Positions 9,557 through 19,109 of a DNA stretch of 64,000 bases are shown in pieces. The stretch lies in contig JBIKWL010000007.1 of assembly GCA_044356335.1 (NCBI GenBank), forward strand, positions 271-64,270, read 5' to 3'. Source of the stretch: Candidatus Sericytochromatia bacterium (GTDB lineage Bacteria; Cyanobacteriota; Sericytochromatia; UBA7694). The position numbers and the translations under genes are program-made. The notes under the pieces are model-generated. The model was not told the origin of the DNA. It saw only the letters and a list, made by a program, of their open reading frames with translations, and made no database searches. How positions within the stretch are numbered: the first letter of the stretch is position 1; each line of letters starts with the position of its first letter.

Positions 9557-10192
9557 ATGAAATTGAATCTTAAACGTGTTGTGTGCTTGGGTATGATGAT
9601 GTCTGGTTTTTGGCAAGCCTCTCCCGTTCTCGCATTTAGTCAGGAAGATATTTGGAAAACGATTCGACCCAGCGTCGAAAAATTAAGCTCAGAATTTGGC
9701 TTAAAACAAAACCAATACGCATTAATTGTTGTAGTGCCTCATCAAAAAATGTATTTGATTCAAGGCCAAAAAATAATTAAATCTTATCGGATCTCAACGG
9801 CCAGCGCTGGAATTGGATCGATAGAAAACAGCGATATGACTCCCCCAGGAACACACCGAATCAAAGAAAAAATTGGCGCAGGTCATAAAATGGGGGCTAT
9901 CTTTAAAGGCCGTAAATTTACCGGTCAACACAGCCCCATTTATAAAGATCTGACAGACCTTTCAGAAGATTTAATAACCACCCGTATTCTATGGCTAGAT
10001 GGACAGGAAAATGGCGTAAACAGAGGTGGAATCCGAGATTCTCATCGCCGTTACATTTACATTCATGGAACACCAGAAGAAGGCCAATTGGGCAAACCCA
10101 ACTCAAAAGGCTGTATTCGGATGGGAAATAAAGAAGTAATTGAACTCTTTCAAATGATCAGCAGTGGAACTTTAGTTGAAATTCAAGAGTGA
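9557..10192 (+). CDS. L,D-transpeptidase (YkuD domain), secreted
   Basis: Signal peptide. 'YIYIHGTPEEGQLGKPNSKGCIRMGNKEV' is the His/Cys catalytic motif of the YkuD family. Confidence 0.75.
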   Translation: MKLNLKRVVCLGMMMSGFWQASPVLAFSQEDIWKTIRPSVEKLSSEFGLKQNQYALIVVVPHQKMYLIQGQKIIKSYRISTASAGIGSIENSDMTPPGTHRIKEKIGAGHKMGAIFKGRKFTGQHSPIYKDLTDLSEDLITTRILWLDGQENGVNRGGIRDSHRRYIYIHGTPEEGQLGKPNSKGCIRMGNKEVIELFQMISSGTLVEIQE

Positions 10193-10195
10193 GCA

Positions 10196-11287
10196 ATGAG
10201 TAAACGTCCCCACCTTGCGAATAGATTAATATTTCCAAGTCGAGCCTTTTCTGGCTGTTTATTGTCTTTATCGCTCATGGGTTTCTATTTGCTTGTTCAA
10301 ATCCCTCAAGATCCTGGCTTCGCGCTGACCCAGACATTTTTCGGGCTCAAAAAGGAGCCTTTAAAAGCTGTTCTTAATACATCCCCTCCGCCATCGCCCA
10401 AAAAAATCAATCTTCAAAACCCCAAAATTATTTGGCAATTGCAAAGAAAAATTTTACTTGACCAACAATTGGCGCGATTGGCAGAGCAATTTAACTTGGT
10501 CTCAGCAGGAATTATGTTGTTGGATTTAAACACAGGAAACTATGGTGGATACCAAGAAAAAAAAGTCTTCGAATCTGCAAGCTTGGTTAAACTCCCTATT
10601 ATGCTGGGAGGCATGCGTGAAATCTACCAGGGAAAGGCAAAAATTGAAGATATTATTCAAATTGATAGCCAAAATATGACAACAACCGCATGGTTTGCCA
10701 AAGATCCCTTTCCTGAATTAACCCCAGGAAAACAGGTGCGTTTAGAGCATTTATTTGAAGTGATGATCAGTCGCAGTGACAATATTGCAACCAATACGCT
10801 TTTAGATATTTTTAATCGTCAATCTATCAATGACTATATTCATAACCTGAGTTTTAGGCAAACAGAAGTGGCCTACAAAATTACGGGTTCAGATCATTTA
10901 TTTTGGGATGGCGACTACGTGAGTGGCATCAATCAATCAAGTGCATGGGATATGGGGCGAATGCTAAGCCTTGTGGTTAGAGAAAAAATACTGGATTCAG
11001 AAAGCTGCATTTTGATGATGGAATGGCTTAATCATCAACAGGATAAAACCAAGCTGGCAGCAAAATTACCTGCCAAAACTTATATCGCTCATAAAACGGG
11101 TGAAAATAGCCGTGGAACTCATGATGTTGCAATCATCAAATCACCCAATCATCAGTATACTTTGGCAGTCTTAACTCCTTATCCGGCCGATGAAGCGCTT
11201 TATCAGAGAATTTCTAATTTATCCCGCTCAATTTATGATTTGATTCATGCTCGACCCTCGTTGTTCCAGGAAATATACGCCTCATGA
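10196..11287 (+). CDS. Class A beta-lactamase-like serine hydrolase (SxxK, SDN, KTG motifs)
   Basis: 'ASLVKLP' is SxxK, 'SRSDNIATN' is SDN and 'AHKTGEN' is KTG. N-terminal TM/signal. A 3-nt gap separates it from the upstream LDT. Confidence 0.65.
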   Translation: MSKRPHLANRLIFPSRAFSGCLLSLSLMGFYLLVQIPQDPGFALTQTFFGLKKEPLKAVLNTSPPPSPKKINLQNPKIIWQLQRKILLDQQLARLAEQFNLVSAGIMLLDLNTGNYGGYQEKKVFESASLVKLPIMLGGMREIYQGKAKIEDIIQIDSQNMTTTAWFAKDPFPELTPGKQVRLEHLFEVMISRSDNIATNTLLDIFNRQSINDYIHNLSFRQTEVAYKITGSDHLFWDGDYVSGINQSSAWDMGRMLSLVVREKILDSESCILMMEWLNHQQDKTKLAAKLPAKTYIAHKTGENSRGTHDVAIIKSPNHQYTLAVLTPYPADEALYQRISNLSRSIYDLIHARPSLFQEIYAS

Positions 11288-12663
11288 GTCTCCTGGAACA
11301 GGGTGAAGTAATTGGCATTTACAAAATTGTGCGCCATTTGGCTTCTGGAGGAATGGGAGACCTTTATGAGGTTTATAATTCTCAATTAGATCGCAATGAG
11401 GCCATGAAAGTTTTAAAATCCGATTTATCTGAGCAAAAAGATTTTGTTCTCCGCTTTACGGGCGAAGCACGCAAGCACGCACGTCTCGATCATCCAAACA
11501 TCGTGCCTGTTTATCAGATCAGTGACCCAGAAACACGCCCAGTTTATTTCACAATGAAATTGATTCAGGGTCAAACGCTGAAAGATTGGTTTAAAAACCA
11601 ATTGCCACTTTCAGAAGATATAGCTGCCCAGCTTATGTTGCAAATAACAGATGCGTTGGTATATGCCCATAGTTTGGGCATTATTCACAGAGACCTCAAA
11701 CCCGCCAATCTTATGTTAGATCAAGATCACCGCTTGTATCTGATGGATTTTGGCATCGCCAGAGTTGCTCAGGATACCCATCTGACCATGACAGGAACCC
11801 AGATGGGAACAGCCGCTTATATGAGTCCAGAACAAGCCCAAGATGCAAAATCTGTTGATGCCCGCTCAGATCTGTATTCCCTGGGTGTCATCTTCTTTGA
11901 AATGCTGACTGGCCAAACCCCTTTTCAAAGCGATAGCGCCATCGCATTGGCCCTAAAACATGTGCAAGACCCTCTGCCTGATCCCAAAAAACTGAATCCT
12001 TCTTTATCAAAAGAAACCATTCAATTGGTAAGTTTTTTGTTGGAAAAAGCGCCTTCAAAACGACCCGATAGTTCACAATCATTTCGAAATTTGCTTAAAC
12101 ACCGGTTTTCTTTGCAGACGGGTCAACTTGATCTCAATCAAACAATGATTCAGAAACCGATGTTTTCAACCACAAAAGCTGAATCAAAGCATCTTGCTGC
12201 CCCAATTTGGGTTGGCAGTCTGTTATTACTTTTGGGAATCGGGGTGAGCCTGATATTTTGGGGTGCATCGCAAAATCAGACACAGGAGGTCAGTCATTCT
12301 CCTTCGCCAACAGCTCCTCTCCAACAAGAACAAATACCCCCAGTTCAAGCCCCTCTACCCACCGCAGTCTCGACTCCAAGGATTGAAAAATCACCGATTC
12401 ATGGCTTATATCCCCATACCAGTTATCAGCCTGTTACAGAAGAAGAATTAATTCCGATGAATTGCAATGACCTGGCGATCATGCGAAATGAAATTTATGC
12501 CCGTCATGGCCGCCAATTTTCGACACCCAGTTTTCGGGAGTATTTTAAATCTCAAGATTGGTATCAAGTGGACCCAAATTACAGCGACAACCGTGTCACT
12601 GCTCTGGAAAAACGCAATGCCAGTCTGATTCTCAATCATGAAGAACAAAATGCCTGTTTTTAG
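11284..12663 (+). CDS. Hanks-type Ser/Thr protein kinase with TM segment and C-terminal extracytoplasmic YARHG domain
   Basis: 'LASGGMGDLYEV', 'HRDLKPANLML', 'DFGIAR' and 'MSPEQ' mark the kinase. TM segment 'IWVGSLLLLLGIGVSLIFW'. The C-terminus 'MRNEIYARHGRQFSTPSFREYFKSQDWYQ' is a YARHG domain. An ATGA overlap joins it to the upstream gene. Confidence 0.8.
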   Translation: MSLLEQGEVIGIYKIVRHLASGGMGDLYEVYNSQLDRNEAMKVLKSDLSEQKDFVLRFTGEARKHARLDHPNIVPVYQISDPETRPVYFTMKLIQGQTLKDWFKNQLPLSEDIAAQLMLQITDALVYAHSLGIIHRDLKPANLMLDQDHRLYLMDFGIARVAQDTHLTMTGTQMGTAAYMSPEQAQDAKSVDARSDLYSLGVIFFEMLTGQTPFQSDSAIALALKHVQDPLPDPKKLNPSLSKETIQLVSFLLEKAPSKRPDSSQSFRNLLKHRFSLQTGQLDLNQTMIQKPMFSTTKAESKHLAAPIWVGSLLLLLGIGVSLIFWGASQNQTQEVSHSPSPTAPLQQEQIPPVQAPLPTAVSTPRIEKSPIHGLYPHTSYQPVTEEELIPMNCNDLAIMRNEIYARHGRQFSTPSFREYFKSQDWYQVDPNYSDNRVTALEKRNASLILNHEEQNACF

Positions 12664-12676
12664 TTAAAGGTTAATT

Positions 12677-13585
12677 ATGAGTAAAAATATGAATTTAATA
12701 TTATTAATCGGCTCAAGTCTCATTATTTCAGCGGGTTTGGGTTATGGTGTTTATCAACTCATGCCGTTTGGGGCTGATCGCCGCTCAGAAACGAGTTCAC
12801 ACGAATCTCTTAACAACGTTCTTGGATCTGTTCCCTCTCCAACCCCTACAGAGCCCAATATTATCACTGTGGGAGATAATGACAATCTAAATCAGCCAGT
12901 AGAATCAACACCATCGGCCACTGTTTTTAAGTCAGCGCTTGTTTCATCAATTAAAACCGCTGTTCCAGAAGAATCTAATTTTAAACAATTTCCGTTTAGT
13001 TGTGATCAATTTGAAAACCAAATAATTCAAGACCCCAAGTATCAACGTGATCTCGCGATCTGGAAACCCCAAATTACGTCATACAGTTCTCGCCATTATG
13101 GTGAACCCACCTGGAAACTTGATCCCAGTGTCATTGTGCTTCACTATACAGTGGGAACCTCTTTCCCTTGGAATTTGGTAAATACGCTAAATTTTGCTGG
13201 AGAAACCCCAGGTTTATCCGTTCACTATGTGGTGGATGGACCCAAAATTTGGCGACTATTGCCAGATAATGTCCGATCACGGGGTGCCTATGGCATTAAC
13301 CACCGGGCTATCAATATTGAAATGATTGCGCTCGAAGAAAAAGATCTTTTTCAAAATCGAAAACCAACTTTGGATAAATCAGCAGAATTGGTCGCGTGCC
13401 TGATGCAGTGGCATAAAATACCAATAAAAAAAATCTATTCACATGAAGACGTTAGCAAAATGAATCCCAAAATTGTTCCTGAAGTTTTTGATTTGGTCCA
13501 ATCTGGGGCCTATGGCAAATCGGATCCGGGTGAATTGAATATGGCGTATGTACTCAATAAACTGAAACTCTGGGGCCTCAATTAA
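12677..13585 (+). CDS. N-acetylmuramoyl-L-alanine amidase, Amidase_2 (AmpD/PGRP-like) domain, membrane-anchored
   Basis: N-terminal TM. 'VIVLHYTVGT...SVHYVVDG...AYGINHRAINIEM' is typical of Amidase_2. Confidence 0.6.
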   Translation: MSKNMNLILLIGSSLIISAGLGYGVYQLMPFGADRRSETSSHESLNNVLGSVPSPTPTEPNIITVGDNDNLNQPVESTPSATVFKSALVSSIKTAVPEESNFKQFPFSCDQFENQIIQDPKYQRDLAIWKPQITSYSSRHYGEPTWKLDPSVIVLHYTVGTSFPWNLVNTLNFAGETPGLSVHYVVDGPKIWRLLPDNVRSRGAYGINHRAINIEMIALEEKDLFQNRKPTLDKSAELVACLMQWHKIPIKKIYSHEDVSKMNPKIVPEVFDLVQSGAYGKSDPGELNMAYVLNKLKLWGLN

Positions 13586-14991
13586 TGGGAAATCAACTTA
13601 AAAATCCATCCATCATTGTAAATTTCCTTTTTTGTTTGTTTATTTTATTCAGTACTTCTTCTGTTTCTTTTGCACAAGAATCGGTGAGCGCCATAATAGA
13701 ACTTAAAAATTCGCCAGATGTCTATCACAACCGGCCCGTCAGAATCAAAGGCCGAATTGTTGAAACTCAAATTGCCCCCAGAGGTTTGACAACCGGTCAT
13801 TATATTATTGAAGACAATACTGGGCGTTTGCCCGTACGTACCTCTAAACTGCCAGCTCCCAACGAATTGGTAGAAGTCTGGGGACAATTACTGAAAGATC
13901 AAGATGAACCTTATTTCATGCATATTCATGAAAATAAGCGCTGCTGCCCTGAATTTGATCCCTCAAATACTGGAAAAAGCAAAAGCAAGGAAGAAAAAAC
14001 AGAAAAGAAAGAAACTGAAAATCCTTTTAAAGATTTATCTCCAACAGTACTGATCGGATTGGGCTTAATTGTATTATCGATTATTGGCCTCATCGTCTTT
14101 TTAGTGCTTAAATCAAATCAGAAAAAACAACTGTTGTTAAAACAGGAAAATGAACGGCGCGATTCCGAGCAAAAAAGACGTGAAGTTTTAATGATGCGTA
14201 TGCAACAGGGGGGGGCTACAGGCGCATCTGATCAAACGCTTGTTCCGGGCCAAAACAACAGAGCAGGCTCTATCGGAGACGCTACCACAGTGGGCTATCC
14301 TGTCGGAAAGCTGGTCGTAATGGAAGGGCCTGAACAAGGAAAATCATATTCTGTGATGGCCCCCAAAACGATAATCGGAAAACAATCAGGATTGGGTGGC
14401 GTATTAAATCAATCTCAGGATCCACTTATCAGTAAAGTTCACGCAGAAATTCTTGCCACAGCATTTGGCAATTGCACTCTGGTAGATAAACAAAGTCGCA
14501 ACGGTACCCGTCTGAATGGACATCCCGTTTCTGAGACCGCGCTGAATGAGAACGATTTGATCGAAATTGGGAACAGCAAACTAAAATTCAGCTTGGTTTC
14601 AGCGAATCATTCTCCCCCCAAAACAGATTCAGCCCATTCAGGTATAGATGATAAAACAGTCATACGCAACGTAAATGAGCAGGCGACAATCGTTCGACGG
14701 CTCCCCAGTCTTGAAATCCTGATTGGACCCGATCAAGGAAAAATAGCCCGGATGGTTAAACAACGTTGGCTGGTTGGTAGAAGCAAAGAGGCGGATCTGG
14801 TTCTCTCGGATACCACCGTTTCGCGACAACAATTTAGCTTGGAGTTGCGTGGCGAACACATTTATCTTATTCCACTCAGCGAGCAGGTACCCATTCAAGT
14901 CGAAGACCAAGTGATCAGCACAGAAACCCTACTTGAAGACAAAGCTGAAATCAGCTTTGGAGATACCCGACTGCGTTTTTTGAAAGGATAG
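13585..14991 (+). CDS. Membrane protein with periplasmic OB-fold (BOF-like) domain and two cytoplasmic FHA domains
   Basis: Signal peptide, then an OB-like segment (RPVRIKGRIVE...HYIIEDNTG), then TM 'VLIGLGLIVLSIIGLIVFLVL'. Two FHA-like segments follow ('IGKQSGL...NGTRLNGHPV' and 'VGRSKEADLVLSD...'). The start overlaps the upstream stop (TAATG). Confidence 0.6.
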   Translation: MGNQLKNPSIIVNFLFCLFILFSTSSVSFAQESVSAIIELKNSPDVYHNRPVRIKGRIVETQIAPRGLTTGHYIIEDNTGRLPVRTSKLPAPNELVEVWGQLLKDQDEPYFMHIHENKRCCPEFDPSNTGKSKSKEEKTEKKETENPFKDLSPTVLIGLGLIVLSIIGLIVFLVLKSNQKKQLLLKQENERRDSEQKRREVLMMRMQQGGATGASDQTLVPGQNNRAGSIGDATTVGYPVGKLVVMEGPEQGKSYSVMAPKTIIGKQSGLGGVLNQSQDPLISKVHAEILATAFGNCTLVDKQSRNGTRLNGHPVSETALNENDLIEIGNSKLKFSLVSANHSPPKTDSAHSGIDDKTVIRNVNEQATIVRRLPSLEILIGPDQGKIARMVKQRWLVGRSKEADLVLSDTTVSRQQFSLELRGEHIYLIPLSEQVPIQVEDQVISTETLLEDKAEISFGDTRLRFLKG

Positions 14992-14995
14992 AAGT

Positions 14996-16636
14996 ATGAG
15001 CAATGCCTATTTTTTAAATGTAGCAGGGCTGAGCGATGTCGGTCAAAAACGCAATAACAATGAAGATGCTTATACACATTGCTCGAACCCTCAGATCATG
15101 GACGGGCATATTGCGGGCATGCTGGTTGTTTCTGATGGTATGGGGGGGCATGCCGCCGGAGAGGTTGCAAGTAACTTAACGACGACGCATTGGAATCAAT
15201 ATTGCCAAGAATTAATGTTACAGGCCTTGGACAAAGATGAGTTGGAATCTGCTGTTAAACATGGCGTCGTGGAATTACACCGGCGGGTTTTGGATTATGC
15301 AGACAAAAATAACAAAATGGGCATGGGCTGTACTTTTGTTTCCGCACTTTTACACAATCAAGAAGTACTGATCTCAAATGTAGGAGACTCTGGCGCTTTT
15401 CTCTGTCGCGATTCTCAGTGTGAATCGATTTATACCAGTGACAATGAGTTAGAGCGTTTATTGCAACAGGGAAAAATAACGCCTGAGATGGCTGCAAACT
15501 CCGCATTTAAAAGTCATTTGATGCAGGCCATTGGCTATCATGGAGAAGTTGAACCCCATACCTGTTTTCGACGCGTTTATAACGGAGATCGTCTGTTGCT
15601 CTGCTCAGACGGACTCACCGCACACGTTTCTCCACACGAATTCGCTGAAATTCTCTCTGGTTTTCCTGAAGACCGTGAAGCTGCTACCTATTTGATAAAA
15701 CTCGCGAATCAAAGGGGCGGGACCGATAATGTCACTGTGATTGTCGCAACTGTCGCGGGCTCTGCAACGGCCCCGCGTAAAATGGTGTTTAAACCTCAAC
15801 CCATAAAATCCAAAAACCATGGGGAATCTAAATTTTCAATGCATTGGCTTTTAGCTGCCTCGATTATTTTACTCGGAGTTGGCATAGGCATCACTGCGGG
15901 AGCAATGAAACCTTTTCGAAAAAATCAACCCATGACAGCAAAGACGCCAAAGCCACAAGTCTCACAAATGGAAAGCCCTCAAGCCACAAATCTCCCAGCT
16001 TTGAATGAACAGGTAATTTCGTCGCCAGAAACCGCAAATACTCAGCTTGAACAAAATGAAACCGCTTATCTAGAAGATTTCGGACGCAATAAAGACGGTT
16101 ATAAGCTTGAACTCAATCTAAATCTCAATACCGGAAAATATGAGATTTCAGCTCATCCACCTGGGGTTTTGAAATTACTGACGTTTAAAACTCAGCAGGG
16201 ATTGACCGATGTTCCCTTTGATCGCTTAATTATTCCGCCAGAAGATATTAAACCGAATACAAAAGTTTTAACTCAACTGATTTTAAGAGTTCAACGCACT
16301 CAGTCAAATTATTCATTGGTGGTTGAACCTCCTCGTGAAGTCATCATCAACAAACGCTCTCAAAATGTGCTTCAAAATTACTCATTCCCCCTCAATCAAC
16401 CCGCAAATACAAGAATGGGTTTGTATTTGATTAGAGAAAATACCAGAGCTTATCCCTTTATTATTACAAACGTATTTGCTCCTTTTCATAATACAAGCGT
16501 ACAAACAAACCAGAATTTGGATGTCTCTAAAAATGACAGATTTCAAAAGAAAAGAGGCATTCGTGGTGATTTTTCAGTTCAGTTTAATGAGCCAGATATA
16601 AATAGTAATCTAGAGCTTAAAGCTGGCAAGCGATGA
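14996..16636 (+). CDS. PP2C-family Ser/Thr protein phosphatase with TM segment and C-terminal extracytoplasmic domain
   Basis: 'GLSDVGQKRNNNEDAY', 'VVSDGMGGHAAGE' and 'GGTDNVTVIVA' are PPM motifs. TM segment 'WLLAASIILLGVGIGITAG'. Confidence 0.8.
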   Translation: MSNAYFLNVAGLSDVGQKRNNNEDAYTHCSNPQIMDGHIAGMLVVSDGMGGHAAGEVASNLTTTHWNQYCQELMLQALDKDELESAVKHGVVELHRRVLDYADKNNKMGMGCTFVSALLHNQEVLISNVGDSGAFLCRDSQCESIYTSDNELERLLQQGKITPEMAANSAFKSHLMQAIGYHGEVEPHTCFRRVYNGDRLLLCSDGLTAHVSPHEFAEILSGFPEDREAATYLIKLANQRGGTDNVTVIVATVAGSATAPRKMVFKPQPIKSKNHGESKFSMHWLLAASIILLGVGIGITAGAMKPFRKNQPMTAKTPKPQVSQMESPQATNLPALNEQVISSPETANTQLEQNETAYLEDFGRNKDGYKLELNLNLNTGKYEISAHPPGVLKLLTFKTQQGLTDVPFDRLIIPPEDIKPNTKVLTQLILRVQRTQSNYSLVVEPPREVIINKRSQNVLQNYSFPLNQPANTRMGLYLIRENTRAYPFIITNVFAPFHNTSVQTNQNLDVSKNDRFQKKRGIRGDFSVQFNEPDINSNLELKAGKR

Positions 16637-18609
16637 AAACTTGGCAAATCAATCAGACTCTCCAAATCGGCCGTTCTCCAGACAATCAGATCTGTTTGCC
16701 TCACGCTTTGGTTTCTCGCGCGCATGCTCGGATCACCATCAACAATGATCAAATTCAACTCGAAGATAGCAGCGCGAACGGTACCTTCGTTAACGGAGCA
16801 CGGGTGAGCGGTTCGGTTGTTCTAAAAGAACAAGACCTGATTCATATCGGTCCGTTTCGGCTTAGCTTAAACCAGAAGCAGCTCTCTCTTGATACGGCCG
16901 AAGGCCAAGGGCAGGTGCGTCTGGATGCGGTCAATATTCGTCTGGATGCTAGCGGCGGGAAAACTCTTCTGAATCAAGTCTCAGTGCATATACCTGCAGG
17001 ACAAGTCACGGCGCTTTTGGGGGCCAGTGGCGCAGGAAAATCTACCTTACTCAAAGTTTTAGCAGGATTTCTACCCCCTACAAGCGGTGATGTTTTTTTT
17101 AATGGCGAACCCATGTCGGTAAATTATCAAGCATTTCGTTCAAGTGTTGCCTTTGTACCCCAGGACGATATCATTCATCCTATGCTCAGTGTCGAAGAAG
17201 CTTTGAACTATGCCTCACGTTTGCGTTTGCCTGAAGATCTGACCCCCCTTGAGCGTTCACAACAAATAGACAATGTGCTATTTCAACTTGAGTTAGAACC
17301 CTTTCGGCATACTTTGGTCAAAGCGCTCAGTGGGGGACAGCGAAAACGTGTTAGCATTGGCGTCGAACTACTCAGTCAACCCCATCTCTTGATTCTGGAT
17401 GAACCCACCTCAGGTCTCGACCCGGGTCTTGAAAAGTATATGATGGAACAGTTTCAGACGATGAGTCGACAAGGAAAAACCATTCTCGTTACAACCCATT
17501 ATGTAAAGCACCTCGATCTATGTGATCAAATCGTGATTCTGGCCCCTGGCGGACACTTGGTATTTGCTGGCCCTCCCCGCAAAGCCTTAAGTTACTTCCA
17601 ACTTAGTGATTACGCAGATATCTATCGTTTACTTGAATCTCAATCCCCAGATATACTTTCGACCCGTTTTGAAGCCAACCCGCTCTATCTTCAACACATC
17701 GTGCATCCGCAACAAAATTTACTCCAAAGAGAGACAAAGGTTCTGCGCAAAGAAATTCGTCAAGATCGCTCACTGGGGCGCTGGACGCGTCAATTAATAA
17801 TTTTGACACAGCGCTATCTGCATATCTTAATGAGAGAAGGAGCGACTGTCGCTGGACTTCTTCTTCAAGCCCCTTTGATTGTTGTTTTACTGTGGCTAAC
17901 TTACCATCAGAATCTCTTTGACTTAGGCCCCCTCGATGCTCCCAATTTTGACTTTATTCAATCGCCATCTTTGCTTTTTTTTATGGTCTGTTCTGCACTC
18001 TGGTTTGGTATTTCAAATGCCACCCAGGAGATCATTCGGGAGTTTCCAATCTTTGCACGTGAGCGATTAATCAACCTGCATCTCTCTACTTATATTTTAT
18101 CCAAATATCTGGTTTTGGGATTTTTTTGCTTAATTCAATGTCTCGCCTTGCAGATCGGTTTGGGGCTGTGGTTTAAAGTCCCCCAAGTTTTTGAACCCGG
18201 CTTTTTTCTGATTCTTTATCTTACGGCACTTTGTGGTCAGGGGATTGGGTTTTGTCTTTCAGCCTGGTCTGATAGTGCCCTCAAAGCCATGAGTATTTTA
18301 CCTTTGGTGCTGATTCCACAGATTATGTTTTCGGGTTCGATTGTACCCGTGTCTGAAATGCCCAAAGCCAGTCAAGCAATCAGTCAGGTTACAGTCTCGT
18401 ATTGGGCCTATCAAGGATTGGGAAATCTAACCCAAATTTCTGATGAAAAGCTGGAAAGCCATGGTCAGGTGATTCTGGCTTTGCCAGAAACCGTTCGCAA
18501 TGAATTTAAGCACCATTCATTTCAAAAAACCGGTCTCAGCCTCTCACTTTGGTGTTTGTTTTTCTATTCTCTTTGCCTCATTTTATTGGGGCGCAGACGA
18601 TTGGTCTAA
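16633..18609 (+). CDS. FHA domain - ABC transporter fusion (ATPase + ABC-2 type permease)
   Basis: The N-terminal FHA is 'IGRSPDNQICLPHALVSRAHARI...NGTFVNG'. 'GASGAGKST' is Walker A, 'LSGGQRKRVSIG' the ABC signature and 'LILDEPTSGLD' Walker B. A C-terminal 6-TM permease follows. ATGA overlap with the PP2C gene. Confidence 0.8.
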   Translation: MKTWQINQTLQIGRSPDNQICLPHALVSRAHARITINNDQIQLEDSSANGTFVNGARVSGSVVLKEQDLIHIGPFRLSLNQKQLSLDTAEGQGQVRLDAVNIRLDASGGKTLLNQVSVHIPAGQVTALLGASGAGKSTLLKVLAGFLPPTSGDVFFNGEPMSVNYQAFRSSVAFVPQDDIIHPMLSVEEALNYASRLRLPEDLTPLERSQQIDNVLFQLELEPFRHTLVKALSGGQRKRVSIGVELLSQPHLLILDEPTSGLDPGLEKYMMEQFQTMSRQGKTILVTTHYVKHLDLCDQIVILAPGGHLVFAGPPRKALSYFQLSDYADIYRLLESQSPDILSTRFEANPLYLQHIVHPQQNLLQRETKVLRKEIRQDRSLGRWTRQLIILTQRYLHILMREGATVAGLLLQAPLIVVLLWLTYHQNLFDLGPLDAPNFDFIQSPSLLFFMVCSALWFGISNATQEIIREFPIFARERLINLHLSTYILSKYLVLGFFCLIQCLALQIGLGLWFKVPQVFEPGFFLILYLTALCGQGIGFCLSAWSDSALKAMSILPLVLIPQIMFSGSIVPVSEMPKASQAISQVTVSYWAYQGLGNLTQISDEKLESHGQVILALPETVRNEFKHHSFQKTGLSLSLWCLFFYSLCLILLGRRRLV

Positions 18610-18692
18610 CGTTTAAATATATATTCAAGGAGACAATATACTTCAGCAAGTAAACAAACAAACTATTATTTTTAGCAAAATAAACTAATTAG

Positions 18693-19109
18693 ATGAGGTT
18701 TTATTTCTGCGTGAATTTTAAAAATATATATTTATTCATATTTTCGCTTGTTTTTTCTGTAAATCTTAATTTTTCCGCTTTGGCCTACGACTATGAGCAA
18801 GTTGAAAGAGTTCGATTTGCCAGGGGAAAATCAGGAACCGTACTTCAAGGTTCTGTTGTGCGCCTGACAAGAAACATCTACGTCTTGGGAGCGGCAAAAG
18901 GCCAAATGATGACCGTTCGCATCCGTTCGTTAGAAAATAATGCAGTGATACAAATTATGGATCCCAAAGGCAGAACACTTAAAGGTGGAGGAGAAAATGA
19001 AGATATCACTTATTGGAAAGGACGCTTACCCTTAAACGGCGATTATCGAATCGCCGTAGCGGCCACCCGGGGAAATGCAAGTTATGAGTTGGAAGTGTCG
19101 ATCCGTTAA
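18693..19109 (+). CDS. Small secreted hypothetical protein
   Basis: Signal-peptide-like N-terminus. No motif recognised. Confidence 0.4.
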   Translation: MRFYFCVNFKNIYLFIFSLVFSVNLNFSALAYDYEQVERVRFARGKSGTVLQGSVVRLTRNIYVLGAAKGQMMTVRIRSLENNAVIQIMDPKGRTLKGGGENEDITYWKGRLPLNGDYRIAVAATRGNASYELEVSIR

